A stretch of DNA of 32,000 nucleotides from Cuniculiplasma divulgatum (lineage in GTDB: Archaea > Thermoplasmatota > Thermoplasmata > Thermoplasmatales > Thermoplasmataceae), in the NCBI RefSeq assembly GCF_900083515.1, contig NZ_LT671858.1, positions 1,320,001-1,352,000 of the forward strand, written 5' to 3'. The notes under the pieces are model-generated. The model saw only the letters and a list, made by a program, of their open reading frames with translations. It did no database searches and was not told where the DNA came from. Below, in pieces: positions 18,455-27,119 of the stretch. Numbering within the stretch: the first letter of the stretch is position 1; each line of letters begins with the position of its first letter. The position numbers and the translations under genes were made by a program.

Positions 18455-19240
18455 TTAAAGTCTTCTTGCATAATCAGAGATTGCACCAAAAAATATTTTT
18501 CCCACTGGGACGCTGTTCTCTCTTTTTCCCTTAGTTGAAAGCTGGTAACTGTAAAACATTCTTTCTGGATGTGGCATCAGACCAAGCACGTTATCATAAT
18601 GTCCCGATATTCCGGCAATATTATCGGGCGAACCATTCGGATTCCATGGATAGCCTGAAATTTTCCCTTCAGGATCTACGTAGGTGAATATTGCCCTGCC
18701 ATTTACAACGTATTCCTTTTCAACGGATTCTGATGTGAATCTTATCCTTCCTTCCTTATGAGCGACTGGAATTTCAAATACCTGATCCCTTGGGATTTTC
18801 CCATCAAAAATCTTATTTCGTCCCGAATACTTCACCAGTACTGTTCTGCATTCAAACTTCCCACTTTCGTTAACGTCCAGGGCAAGTTCTCTCTTATCCA
18901 TATCTGAAGAGGTTAGACCCATTTCTGATAACACCTGGAATCCATTACATGTGCCCAGTACGGGCTTACCCTGTTCTATCATTCCTTCTATTTTTTTACC
19001 AGCGGCTGTCTTCAATCTGATTGCAAAAATAATACCAGCCCTTACATAGTCTCCTGCTGAAAAACCACCTGGTATGAACAAAATCTGAAAATCTTCCAGA
19101 TCAACTTTATTTTTTTCTATTTCGTGAATATGCACGTAACTGGGGTCAAGATTTGATTCCCTCAGCGACCGGAGGGCTTCTGTGTCATTGTTTGTCCCCT
19201 CCATCCTCAAAACTGCTGCTTTGGGGAGATTACTGTCCAA
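18455..19240 (-). CDS. purQ: Phosphoribosylformylglycinamidine synthase subunit I (glutaminase, PurQ)
   Basis: 261 aa, class-I glutamine amidotransferase. The nucleophile elbow is GTCNGFQVL and the His/Glu region is LMPHPER. The N-terminal AAVLRMEGTNND is typical of PurQ. A TTG start at 19240 lies 4 nt after the L40e stop. Confidence 0.85.
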   Translation of the reverse strand: MDSNLPKAAVLRMEGTNNDTEALRSLRESNLDPSYVHIHEIEKNKVDLEDFQILFIPGGFSAGDYVRAGIIFAIRLKTAAGKKIEGMIEQGKPVLGTCNGFQVLSEMGLTSSDMDKRELALDVNESGKFECRTVLVKYSGRNKIFDGKIPRDQVFEIPVAHKEGRIRFTSESVEKEYVVNGRAIFTYVDPEGKISGYPWNPNGSPDNIAGISGHYDNVLGLMPHPERMFYSYQLSTKGKRENSVPVGKIFFGAISDYARRL

Positions 19241-19244
19241 GTGC

Positions 19245-19394
19245 CTACTGGCCTCCCCTTCTTTCTTTTGCCTTCATTCTTAAACCGGTGTATCCACACT
19301 TTCTGCATTTTATTGCTTTAACTGAGTTTCTTGCGTCACATCTCATGCAAATTTTCTTATTTAGTCTTCTTTCTATTGATTCTGCAAACGGCAT
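19245..19394 (-). CDS. rpl40e: 50S ribosomal protein L40e (49 aa; absent from the supplied ORF track)
   Basis: My own minus-strand translation gives [49 protein letters not shown]. This is the C-x2-C...C-x2-C zinc ribbon with the KKICMxCxARN...KCRKCGY..LR.KAKE pattern of archaeal L40e. A TATA-like tttataac lies about 35 nt upstream. Confidence 0.85.
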   Translation of the reverse strand: MPFAESIERRLNKKICMRCDARNSVKAIKCRKCGYTGLRMKAKERRGGQ

Positions 19395-19493
19395 TTTTAT
19401 AACCTGATGTTACCCCTATTGAATTCAAGTTATAAACTCTTTGTGAACAGTGTGTTAGTTTTATTTGTTCCTTGAACTATGAATGGAAAGGGT

Positions 19494-19525
19494 AATTTGG
19501 TCCACTTAATTCAGTGAACCAAATT
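19494..19525 (-). terminator. Stem-loop just 3' of the M50 protease gene (possible terminator or RNA-stability element)
   Basis: AATTTGGTCCAC - ttaattca - GTGAACCAAATT. The arms are 12 nt with one mismatch and the loop is 8 nt. On the minus strand it begins 19 nt after the protease stop. There is no oligo-T immediately after it on the minus strand, so a terminator role is uncertain. Confidence 0.25.
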
Positions 19526-19543
19526 CCAGATATTTTTTAAAAT

Positions 19544-21103
19544 CTATATGATTCTGGGAACAATTATTTCTATCATCAGCATTAGCAAGATCAGTGTTGT
19601 AGTGAGTGAAAGAACGGCAGCTATATTCTTTTCGTCGCGGAAGTATTTAAAACGTTCATGTTTGGATGCTATCATCAGGGTATCCCTGAGGAATTGCGCT
19701 CCATCAAATATTGCAAGTGGCAGGGCATTTGTGATAGCGAGAAGTATATTCACCCAGAAAAGCCAGTATATTGTATTTGTTGAAAACCAAAATACTTCAT
19801 ACCCCAGTGGAACAGAATACAGGTGGGCAAAACTTGATGGCACGGGGGAAAGCCCGTCAAAGGGTAATGCTATTGATTCTATAGCTCCTTCGGGTCCTGA
19901 GGTGTATACAGAGGAGCCAAACACTAGAGATTTGTAATAGCTCATAGAAACGAGTCCAAGTCCACCATAGGTTATTCCAACACCTATGAAACTTTCATTT
20001 TTCATGGCCGCTGTTAATAAGGACGGATCCTCCGTTTTATAGAATGAATAAGTTGATCTTGTTTTAAAGGACACTGTACTTTTTATTCCTTCATGGGATG
20101 CAGCAGTAAAATTTTCTAGTCCTACAGTTATTTCAGTTCCAGGACTTATTTTGTTCAGTATGTTACCAAGTACAGTTTCATTATAAACGGTCCTGTTATT
20201 TACAGAAATTATATAATCACCTAGACTTATATTTTTATAGGCAGGGTATCCTTTATAAGTTGATACTACCTGAATTCCAGCAGGTATGGAGTAATTGAAG
20301 ATTTTATGACCATTATAAAATGAAGCATTCAGAAGAGTACCAGGTGTTACTGAGCAGGAAGTTGTAAGATTAACCAGGCTATTGCCTTTCATATTTCCAA
20401 CTGAAAGGAGCTCGCTTCCCGTGATATTGTGTGGTGTTACAGTGTTTCCAGGATATGCAGCATCAACATATGCCCCCGGGTATGTTTGAACTGCTGCATG
20501 GGACATAGCCAGAGAAAGAAAAAGGAAGCAGATTATAGCAATGACAAAGTTTACCGCTATTCCCGCACCAACTATTCTTCTTCTGATGACTGGAGTTGTT
20601 TCCGTTATCTCTTTTTCATCAGGTTCAACAAAAGCACCGATTGGAACCACAAAAAGCATAAGTCCAACTGAATTTACCTTAATTCCATGCTTTCTTGCAA
20701 CAATTCCGTGAAACATTTCATGAATTACTAGAGATATTGCAAAAGCTATCAGCCCATAAACAATGGGGATTTCCGGATCTATCCCCGGAAGCGCAAGATA
20801 TTCACTAACAGGTATATTTTCCTTCACCCTTGTTGTTAGTGATAGTACTGTACCAAGGACAAGCAGGACTATGCCCATTGCAAATAATATATAAACGAGT
20901 GGAATTGAAAGCCGTGAAAATAGTTTTGATTTTGAGCTTCCGGCTATCCTGTCCAGTATTCCTCTATTTTTTTTGACCTTAATCAGTAATAATATCCCTC
21001 CCATTGTTTGAAAATGTTTACTCTTGTTTATTGTTGGGCGAAGGGCGATCATTGCTATGATCCATATCAACACTATAAGCAACCCTATCTCTAGATACGA
21101 CAT
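19544..21103 (-). CDS. Site-2 protease family (M50) membrane metalloprotease with extracytoplasmic PDZ-like insert
   Basis: 519 aa with HExxH in a TM helix (LVIHEMFHGIVARKHG), a second M50 motif (NALPLAIFDGAQF), multiple TM segments and a central soluble region carrying many N-x-S/T sequons. Confidence 0.8.
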   Translation of the reverse strand: MSYLEIGLLIVLIWIIAMIALRPTINKSKHFQTMGGILLLIKVKKNRGILDRIAGSSKSKLFSRLSIPLVYILFAMGIVLLVLGTVLSLTTRVKENIPVSEYLALPGIDPEIPIVYGLIAFAISLVIHEMFHGIVARKHGIKVNSVGLMLFVVPIGAFVEPDEKEITETTPVIRRRIVGAGIAVNFVIAIICFLFLSLAMSHAAVQTYPGAYVDAAYPGNTVTPHNITGSELLSVGNMKGNSLVNLTTSCSVTPGTLLNASFYNGHKIFNYSIPAGIQVVSTYKGYPAYKNISLGDYIISVNNRTVYNETVLGNILNKISPGTEITVGLENFTAASHEGIKSTVSFKTRSTYSFYKTEDPSLLTAAMKNESFIGVGITYGGLGLVSMSYYKSLVFGSSVYTSGPEGAIESIALPFDGLSPVPSSFAHLYSVPLGYEVFWFSTNTIYWLFWVNILLAITNALPLAIFDGAQFLRDTLMIASKHERFKYFRDEKNIAAVLSLTTTLILLMLMIEIIVPRII

Positions 21104-21146
21104 TTTTAGACTTCCGTACCCATGATGACAATCATTTCTAAATTAC

Positions 21147-21178
21147 TTTTCCAAAAAGCATAGTAAAGTTTTGGAAAA
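21147..21178. promoter_or_regulatory. Perfect 10-bp inverted repeat in the divergent M50-protease / FBPase promoter region
   Basis: TTTTCCAAAA (21147-21156), a 12-nt spacer, then TTTTGGAAAA (21169-21178). It lies 44-75 nt upstream of the protease start and 86-117 nt upstream of the fbp start. Confidence 0.3.
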
Positions 21179-21263
21179 ACTCTGAACTAAAATTATAACT
21201 AAACACATAGTCTTCATTAATGAATATCCGAATTATTTTAATATGTCGTTGCCATGAATCATT

Positions 21264-22421
21264 ATGAAGGTTACGTTGACCCATATTAAGGCAGATATAG
21301 GTAGTCTGCCAGGGCATACAACAGTCCACGAAGATGTATTGAACGAAGTTAAGAGATTTTTAAAGGAGCAGTCTAAGGGAATTATATGGGATCATTTTGT
21401 GGGTTATGTTGGGGATGACATACAGATAACCATGGTTCATGATAATGGAGTTAATGCCTCAGAAGTTCACAAACTTGCATGGGACGCATTCAAGTCAGGA
21501 ACTGAGGTTGCCAAAAAGCTTGGTCTTTACGGTGCAGGACAGGATCTCCTAAAAGATTCTTTTTCTGGAAATATCAAAGGAATGGGTCCCGGAATCGCCG
21601 AAATGGATATAACTCCGAGGCGAAGTGAACCATTTATAGTATATATGATGGATAAAACGGAACCTGGAGCATTCAATTACCCAATATTCAAGATGTTTGC
21701 TGACCCATTCAATACTCCTGGTCTCGTAATAGATCAAAGTATGCATGATGGTTTTAAATTTGAGGTTTGGGATATTCAGGAAGCAAAAGCTATAATGCTT
21801 AATGCACCAGAAGAGATGTATGATATAATATCCCTTATTGGAACTAAGGGCAGATACGTTATAAAAAGAGTTTACACTAAGAAAGAACACGGGAAATTGC
21901 CAGATGAAAATGTTGCAGTTATTACCACTGACAAATTGTCCTTTATAGCAGGAGAATATGTTGGAAAAGATGATCCCGCGGCAATTGTAAGAATTCAATC
22001 AGGATTACCGGCATCTGGTGAGGCGATGGAAGCATTTTCACACCCATATCTTGTTTCAGGCTGGATGAGAGGATCATTTAACGGTCCCTTAATGCCAGTA
22101 GCAATGAAAAACTCCAAAATGACCAGATTTGATGGCCCACCAAGAGTAGTTGCCCTCGGTTTTGTTTATAAGGATAAGAAATTAACTGGTCCAGTTGACA
22201 TGTTTGACGACCCAGCCTACGATAATGCCAGGAAACTTGCCAATGATATTACTGATTATATCAGGAGAATGGGACCATTTGAACCACACAGGCTCCCAGA
22301 AGAAGACATGGAGTACACTACGCTACCAAAGGTAATGGAAAAACTCAAAGGAAGATTTGTACATGTTGATGCAGTTGAAAAGGGTGTGAGTAAGAATTCA
22401 ACTGGCAGGGATTCGGATTAG
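21264..22421 (+). CDS. fbp: Fructose-1,6-bisphosphate aldolase/phosphatase (class V FBPase)
   Basis: 385 aa. The N-terminal [19 protein letters not shown] matches the (T/S)xIKADxGxxxGH start of the archaeal bifunctional enzyme. Length and the C-terminal blocks are also consistent. Confidence 0.9.
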   Translation: MKVTLTHIKADIGSLPGHTTVHEDVLNEVKRFLKEQSKGIIWDHFVGYVGDDIQITMVHDNGVNASEVHKLAWDAFKSGTEVAKKLGLYGAGQDLLKDSFSGNIKGMGPGIAEMDITPRRSEPFIVYMMDKTEPGAFNYPIFKMFADPFNTPGLVIDQSMHDGFKFEVWDIQEAKAIMLNAPEEMYDIISLIGTKGRYVIKRVYTKKEHGKLPDENVAVITTDKLSFIAGEYVGKDDPAAIVRIQSGLPASGEAMEAFSHPYLVSGWMRGSFNGPLMPVAMKNSKMTRFDGPPRVVALGFVYKDKKLTGPVDMFDDPAYDNARKLANDITDYIRRMGPFEPHRLPEEDMEYTTLPKVMEKLKGRFVHVDAVEKGVSKNSTGRDSD

Positions 22422-22426
22422 TTAAG

Positions 22427-22885
22427 ATGGAAACAGAAAAACACCCTTCCTGGGATCAGTATTTCATGAAAATGGCTTATATGGCTGCCTCAAGGGCAAA
22501 TTGCGTTAGGAGGCAGGTAGGGGCTATTATTGTACGGGATAAATCAATCCTTGCTACCGGATATAATGGACCTCCAAGTGGTGCACAGCATTGCGATGTG
22601 GTTGGTTGCATAAGAATAGATATGGATATTCCATCGGGTGAAAGGCACGAATTATGCCGTGGTTTGCATGCAGAGCAGAATGCAATAATTCAAGCTGCTG
22701 TTAATGGTGTCAGCATCAGGGGTGGGGTTATATATACCACAACTTTTCCCTGCGTGGTGTGTGCCAAAATGATAGTAAATGCGAAACTTAAGGAAATAAT
22801 ATATACAGAGGGTTATCCAGATGAGCTTTCAGAACTTATGCTACTTGAAAGCGATGTTAAGAAAAGAAAACTTGTGATAGAATAG
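22427..22885 (+). CDS. dCMP deaminase (ComEB/cytidine-deoxycytidylate deaminase family)
   Basis: 152 aa with zinc motifs HAEQNAI and PCVVCAKMI. The N-terminal [18 protein letters not shown] is typical of dCMP deaminases. Confidence 0.85.
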   Translation: METEKHPSWDQYFMKMAYMAASRANCVRRQVGAIIVRDKSILATGYNGPPSGAQHCDVVGCIRIDMDIPSGERHELCRGLHAEQNAIIQAAVNGVSIRGGVIYTTTFPCVVCAKMIVNAKLKEIIYTEGYPDELSELMLLESDVKKRKLVIE

Positions 22886-22919
22886 TTTTTTAATCTGGAG
22901 TGTATGGGTGGGTAAATAA

Positions 22920-23588
22920 ATGAGTTCTATAATTTCCGGTCTAATTGAATACGTTATTAATTTAGTTATATATGTAATTCAGGTATCAAATTATCCAGGT
23001 ATATTCTTCCTTATGTTTCTGGAAGGTCTGTTACTACCAGTGCCATCAGAGGTTGTAATGGCCTTTTCTGGTTATTTAGCCCTGAGCAATCAACTACCTG
23101 TATATCTTAGCATCCCTTCATATCTGCTGGTGCTTATAGCTGGGACACTGGGAAATGCCGTTGGAGCCAGTGCCGCTTACGCCATCGGACTTTATGGAGG
23201 AAGACCTGCCATAATGCGCTTTGGCAAATATATCAGACTGGACGAAAAATCCCTTGATAGAACAGAAAAATGGTTCAATAAATATGGAGAAATATCGGTT
23301 TTTATAACAAGACTTATTCCTATTTTCAGGACATTTATATCAATACCAGCTGGTCTGGCGGAAATGAAGTTTACGAAATTTCTTTCGTTTACCCTCTTAG
23401 GAACGGTGATATGGGACTCCGTTCTAATATATGTTGGATATCTGCTTGGCAATAGCTGGAAAAATATACTGGGACTATTTAATGATTATACTTATATTGC
23501 TATTGTTCTTGCCTTTGTAGTTTTATTCTATGTTTACAGAGTTCTATCAAGGGGAAGTCAGAAAACACCCGTGAAAACTAACGAATGA
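22920..23588 (+). CDS. DedA-family membrane protein
   Basis: 222 aa and multi-TM. DedA signatures are FLEGLLLPVPSEVVM, GRPAIMRFGKYI and RLIPIFRTFISIPAG. T-runs follow the stop (ttttatt, cattttttaa). Confidence 0.8.
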   Translation: MSSIISGLIEYVINLVIYVIQVSNYPGIFFLMFLEGLLLPVPSEVVMAFSGYLALSNQLPVYLSIPSYLLVLIAGTLGNAVGASAAYAIGLYGGRPAIMRFGKYIRLDEKSLDRTEKWFNKYGEISVFITRLIPIFRTFISIPAGLAEMKFTKFLSFTLLGTVIWDSVLIYVGYLLGNSWKNILGLFNDYTYIAIVLAFVVLFYVYRVLSRGSQKTPVKTNE

Positions 23589-23652
23589 AGTTTTATTCTT
23601 CATTTTTTAATTACTACCTATAAGGCAAATGATATTATTCGATTCAAAAAAC

Positions 23653-23662
23653 TTAAATATAA
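23653..23662 (+). promoter_or_regulatory. Candidate TATA box of the hsp20 operon
   Basis: TTAAATATAA lies about 50-58 nt upstream of the hsp20 ATG. A transcription start about 25-27 nt downstream would fall inside the palindrome at 23678-23698. A GAGGT Shine-Dalgarno-like element sits at 23699-23703. Confidence 0.35.
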
Positions 23663-23677
23663 GTAAGTAATACATAG

Positions 23678-23698
23678 TTGTCAACTAATGGTTGACAA
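23678..23698. promoter_or_regulatory. Perfect palindromic operator candidate TTGTCAAC-N5-GTTGACAA upstream of hsp20
   Basis: TTGTCAAC (23678-23685), taatg, then GTTGACAA (23691-23698). It lies between the TATA-like box and the ATG at 23711. The AAC-N5-GTT core matches the known Phr/HSR1-type heat-shock operators. Confidence 0.45.
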
Positions 23699-23710
23699 GA
23701 GGTAATTAAG

Positions 23711-24259
23711 ATGGTAGTAAGAAGAAGAAAAGATGATGACTGGGATGACGACTTCTTCGGAGATTTCTTCGAAGACTTTGGATTTGACTTTGATAAGGTA
23801 AATGATAGGATGAGAAGAATAATGGAAAGGATGATTAAGAATTCTGATGAACACATGATTGGACCCTATGTATATGGATTCAGCTATAAGGTTGGTCCAG
23901 ATGGAAAACCATCCTTCCAGGAGTTTGGAAACATTCCTAACAGACCTTCTCTGAGCGACAAAGTCGGTGAGACTGAGGTCAGAGAACCACTCACGGATAT
24001 CAACTATGACAAGGACAAGGTTTACCTGACATTTGAGCTTCCTGGCATATCCAAAGAAAATATAGATCTTAAAGTATCCGAGAATGAGGTAACAATAAAT
24101 GTTGCTGAAGGTTCAAGGAAGTACTTCAAGAATGTCGCCCTGGAAGAGCCAGTAAAACCTGAGAGCGCTGTGGCAAAATTCACCAGCGGAATACTGGATC
24201 TGACTCTGGAGCTTGTGAGAAAGGGAAACGAGAAAGGAAAATCAGTGAAGATAGAGTAA
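23711..24259 (+). CDS. hsp20: Small heat-shock protein (Hsp20/alpha-crystallin family)
   Basis: 182 aa. The alpha-crystallin domain reads DKVYLTFELPGISKENIDLKVSENEVTINV...AKFTSGILDLTLE. It has an unusual Asp/Phe-rich N-terminus. Confidence 0.85.
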   Translation: MVVRRRKDDDWDDDFFGDFFEDFGFDFDKVNDRMRRIMERMIKNSDEHMIGPYVYGFSYKVGPDGKPSFQEFGNIPNRPSLSDKVGETEVREPLTDINYDKDKVYLTFELPGISKENIDLKVSENEVTINVAEGSRKYFKNVALEEPVKPESAVAKFTSGILDLTLELVRKGNEKGKSVKIE

Positions 24260-24260
24260 G

Positions 24261-24839
24261 ATGAATGACATTGATACCCTCCTGTCCATAATGGAAAATT
24301 CAACCAGGAGGGCCATTTTAAAAAAACTCCTTATGGAAGAGTCATACGGCTTGGAAATAAGTAAGAGTTTGGGAATTTCACAACAGGCGATCAATAAACA
24401 ACTGGAGATACTTGAACACGCAAATCTGATCCTTTCCATGGGAGTAACTCCCAGCTCCATTGGTCCACCTCGAAAAGTCTACAGGCCAACAGGATTTTCT
24501 ACACTCGTCATAGACTATACACCAACTTTCATTCAGGTATCAAAATTTGACCTGGCAGAAAAGAATGAGCCAAGTATTCAGAATGAAGTTTCCATAGAAA
24601 GAATAAAAGAAATAAATGAAAAAATGGATGCCCTCATGAAAGAGAGGCAGAGTCTTGTTGAAGAAAAAAATAATATAATTCAAATATTGCGTAAGAATGT
24701 TGTAGAAAGAGTAAAGGAAGGATTTATCAGACAAATATTGGTAGAATATCTGGAAACGCTGAATGAAGACGAGGTTTCTAGAACCACCGGCATCCCGGTT
24801 GAGATTGTCGGGAAAATTGTTGATGACTTTCTCGGATAA
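24261..24839 (+). CDS. ArsR/Phr-like winged-helix transcriptional regulator with C-terminal coiled-coil region
   Basis: 192 aa. The N-terminal wHTH is STRRAILKKLLMEESYGLEISKSLGISQQAINKQLEILEHANLI. The C-terminal half is heptad-like and charged (IERIKEINEKMDALMKERQSLVEEKNNIIQILRKN). The ATG lies 1 nt after the hsp20 TAA, consistent with an operon. Confidence 0.7.
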   Translation: MNDIDTLLSIMENSTRRAILKKLLMEESYGLEISKSLGISQQAINKQLEILEHANLILSMGVTPSSIGPPRKVYRPTGFSTLVIDYTPTFIQVSKFDLAEKNEPSIQNEVSIERIKEINEKMDALMKERQSLVEEKNNIIQILRKNVVERVKEGFIRQILVEYLETLNEDEVSRTTGIPVEIVGKIVDDFLG

Positions 24840-24843
24840 TTAT

Positions 24844-25812
24844 TTATTTTTTTATCATTCTAGTGAAGTATCTTGTTAAGGATTTATGCACTTTCTGTGG
24901 TAAGATGATATCAATATCAAAGAAATTTTTGAAGTATTCTAAATTTTCCATATTATCTGTTACGATACATGCTCTGGACCCCGTTTCAAGGAATTCTGAC
25001 ATCTTTTGAGCAGCCCTGAAATAAAATTCTGATCTCTCCTTTGATATGTGAGAATTTCTTCCATATGGGAAATCCGTTACTATTCCACCATATTTTTTAT
25101 CAGATTGAAACTCCAGAAAATCCGTTTTAATTATACTGAATTCTCTGATTCCAAAATACTTGAGGTTCATCCTGGCTCCGATTACCATTTCGTTGAGAAT
25201 GTCAATGCCCTCTACCCTATATCCCTTTAGACCTGCCTCCATAAGAATTCCGCCTCCTCCACAGAAAGGGTCCAGAAGTGTTGAACCATGTGGAAAATAA
25301 CCCATGTTAATCAGGAAAGATGCGAAGGCTGGATCCATGGAAACGGGTGAGAAAAATGGTCTAAGAGGAGCCTTTCTTTTTGCCTTTTCGAGATTATTTC
25401 TTGAGTATTTCTGCGTGCATATGTACCATTTATCCAGATGGTAGGCCAGAACTACAAAATCGGGATTTGAAAAGGATACACGTCCTATTCCTCCCAGCAG
25501 TTGCCCTATTTCCTTTTCCTCTGATGTGCCGTGGCACTTATGTGGGTCTATGACTCTTACATAGAACCTCCCTTCGGGTAGTAAAACTTTGGAAATATCT
25601 GAAAACTGTTCTGCTATACCTAATACTTGACCAGCTCTCTTTACAAATGCAAGTCCATTCAGATCATGAATACCCTCTGCAATGAATATTCCCTGACCCA
25701 TTTCTCTTACTGGGATAGAAGATGCTCTTTCAAACGTACATAAAAGCTCTTCCCTGGCGAAATTATACCGTCCTATCTCTGTTTCTATAATTAAAAAATT
25801 TTTTGATTCCAA
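24844..25812 (-). CDS. THUMP-domain tRNA (guanine-N2)-methyltransferase (archaeal Trm11/Trm-G10 type)
   Basis: 322 aa with SAM motif I LLDPFCGGGGILMEAG and catalytic motif IVTDFPYG (a D/N-PPY variant). RPFFSPVSMDPAFASFLIN precedes the methyltransferase domain. The TTG start at 25812 comes from the ORF track. Confidence 0.75.
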   Translation of the reverse strand: MESKNFLIIETEIGRYNFAREELLCTFERASSIPVREMGQGIFIAEGIHDLNGLAFVKRAGQVLGIAEQFSDISKVLLPEGRFYVRVIDPHKCHGTSEEKEIGQLLGGIGRVSFSNPDFVVLAYHLDKWYICTQKYSRNNLEKAKRKAPLRPFFSPVSMDPAFASFLINMGYFPHGSTLLDPFCGGGGILMEAGLKGYRVEGIDILNEMVIGARMNLKYFGIREFSIIKTDFLEFQSDKKYGGIVTDFPYGRNSHISKERSEFYFRAAQKMSEFLETGSRACIVTDNMENLEYFKNFFDIDIILPQKVHKSLTRYFTRMIKK

Positions 25813-25827
25813 ACTGGAACAACTGAC

Positions 25828-26175
25828 TTAATTATCACTTGGTTTGTTCTTATTCAGTTCTGGTACCCCAATTTGCGAATCATCGTTTTTCTTTAGTTCT
25901 TTGTTCAATTCATTTGAAAGGTTTTCAAAAACCTTGCTTAATCGCTTAATCGATCTTTTAACCGCGGCCTGCGGCTTTCCAGATTTCACCTTAACATACA
26001 CTCTAGGATTATCTATTACAGGGTGCTTTATGTAATATCTTGATTCTGTAACCTGTTCATCTTTTTGAATTTCCTCAACAAGAGGTCTTAGTAGTGTATT
26101 GTCATAGTTCATTATCTCAAATGTTATTGAATCTTTCTGCTTCTCAACAATACTTATTTTGCTTTCCATCGACAT
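25828..26175 (-). CDS. rpoL: DNA-directed RNA polymerase subunit L (Rpo11)
   Basis: 115 aa. ITFEIMNYDNTLLRPLVEEIQKDEQVTESRYYIKHPVIDNPRVYVKVKSGKPQAAVKRSIKRL fits the RpoL/Rpb11 pattern (x-F-E-l-xxEDHTL.N.Lr..L......V.fa.Y...HP....p.l.i.t). It carries a Lys/Asn-rich C-terminal extension. Confidence 0.75.
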   Translation of the reverse strand: MSMESKISIVEKQKDSITFEIMNYDNTLLRPLVEEIQKDEQVTESRYYIKHPVIDNPRVYVKVKSGKPQAAVKRSIKRLSKVFENLSNELNKELKKNDDSQIGVPELNKNKPSDN

Positions 26176-26228
26176 GATATTAAAAACGCCGTATTAAAAA
26201 TTAGCATTTGCTTATTACTATAAGTAGA

Positions 26229-27119
26229 TTAATTTTTTGGTTTATTCTTTATTTCCCAGTATGAATCCTCAACAGCAGTATTTATTTTGTCTATGTAACC
26301 ATTAAGTTTCATAATTTCCTCAAACTGGATGATAAAGGTTATTGTGTTTGTTGTTCCATTTTTCTGTGTGAAATAGGTGTTTATTTCATCAATATTTAGA
26401 TCATTCACAATTTTATCCTTTTGTTCCATGAATTTAGTTATAACTTCCCTTGCATTTACGTCGGCAGGAATTGTTGTGTTGAATTCATATTTTACCTTCC
26501 TTCCTTCATTTAGCTTCGTGAATATTGAACTGCCAAAAAGAATGGTGTTCGGAATAAGTATACTTCTGGAATTAGTCAATTTTACTCTGGTATAGAGGGT
26601 CTTTACATCCTCTACTCTTCCAGTTAATGTTTCTGGAAACATCCATGAAAATATTGAAATGGATTCATCTGGTTTTAGGAATCCCCCCGCTGTAACCAGC
26701 AATCCAGAAAGTAAACTTGAAACGACAGATTGTACTGCGAAACCAATAACAACACCTCCGATTGCTCCTCCGACAAGTGCCCCTTCGAGGTTTACTCCGG
26801 CGTATACTAGGAATGCAGTTATGGCCAATGCATAAATCACTATACGCAGGATGATATATATTCCGTTGAGATTCCTCTCCCCGTTACTTCTTAATGTCAG
26901 TTGATTAAGTAATCTCTTTGTTATTCTAAGCAAAACGAAAGATACTATGATTATTATCAGTGCTACGAAGGCATCTTTTACATATACGTCATCTTTGGCT
27001 GGTATGTTGAAAATGCTAGCTATTTGGAGATAATAATATTCAAATGCGTAAACTACAATCACTGCAATAACTATTGAAACAATAGATTTTGATAGTGATC
27101 TTCTTTCCTGTGTATTCAC
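26229..27119 (-). CDS. Small-conductance mechanosensitive channel (MscS family)
   Basis: 296 aa with N-terminal TM helices. The pore-lining helix region GGVVIGFAVQSVVSSLLSGLL is followed by a beta-domain (GRVEDVKTLYTRVKLTNSRSILIPNTILF). GTG start at 27119. Confidence 0.7.
   Translation of the reverse strand: MNTQERRSLSKSIVSIVIAVIVVYAFEYYYLQIASIFNIPAKDDVYVKDAFVALIIIIVSFVLLRITKRLLNQLTLRSNGERNLNGIYIILRIVIYALAITAFLVYAGVNLEGALVGGAIGGVVIGFAVQSVVSSLLSGLLVTAGGFLKPDESISIFSWMFPETLTGRVEDVKTLYTRVKLTNSRSILIPNTILFGSSIFTKLNEGRKVKYEFNTTIPADVNAREVITKFMEQKDKIVNDLNIDEINTYFTQKNGTTNTITFIIQFEEIMKLNGYIDKINTAVEDSYWEIKNKPKN

Noticed and set aside
19153-19407. 84-aa plus-strand ORF from the track
   Set aside because: It is antisense to the clearly recognisable L40e gene and the purQ 5' end.
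23653-23856. 67-aa minus-strand Ser/Lys-rich ORF
   Set aside because: It is the antisense shadow of the Asp/Phe-rich hsp20 N-terminus and runs through the hsp20 promoter and operator.
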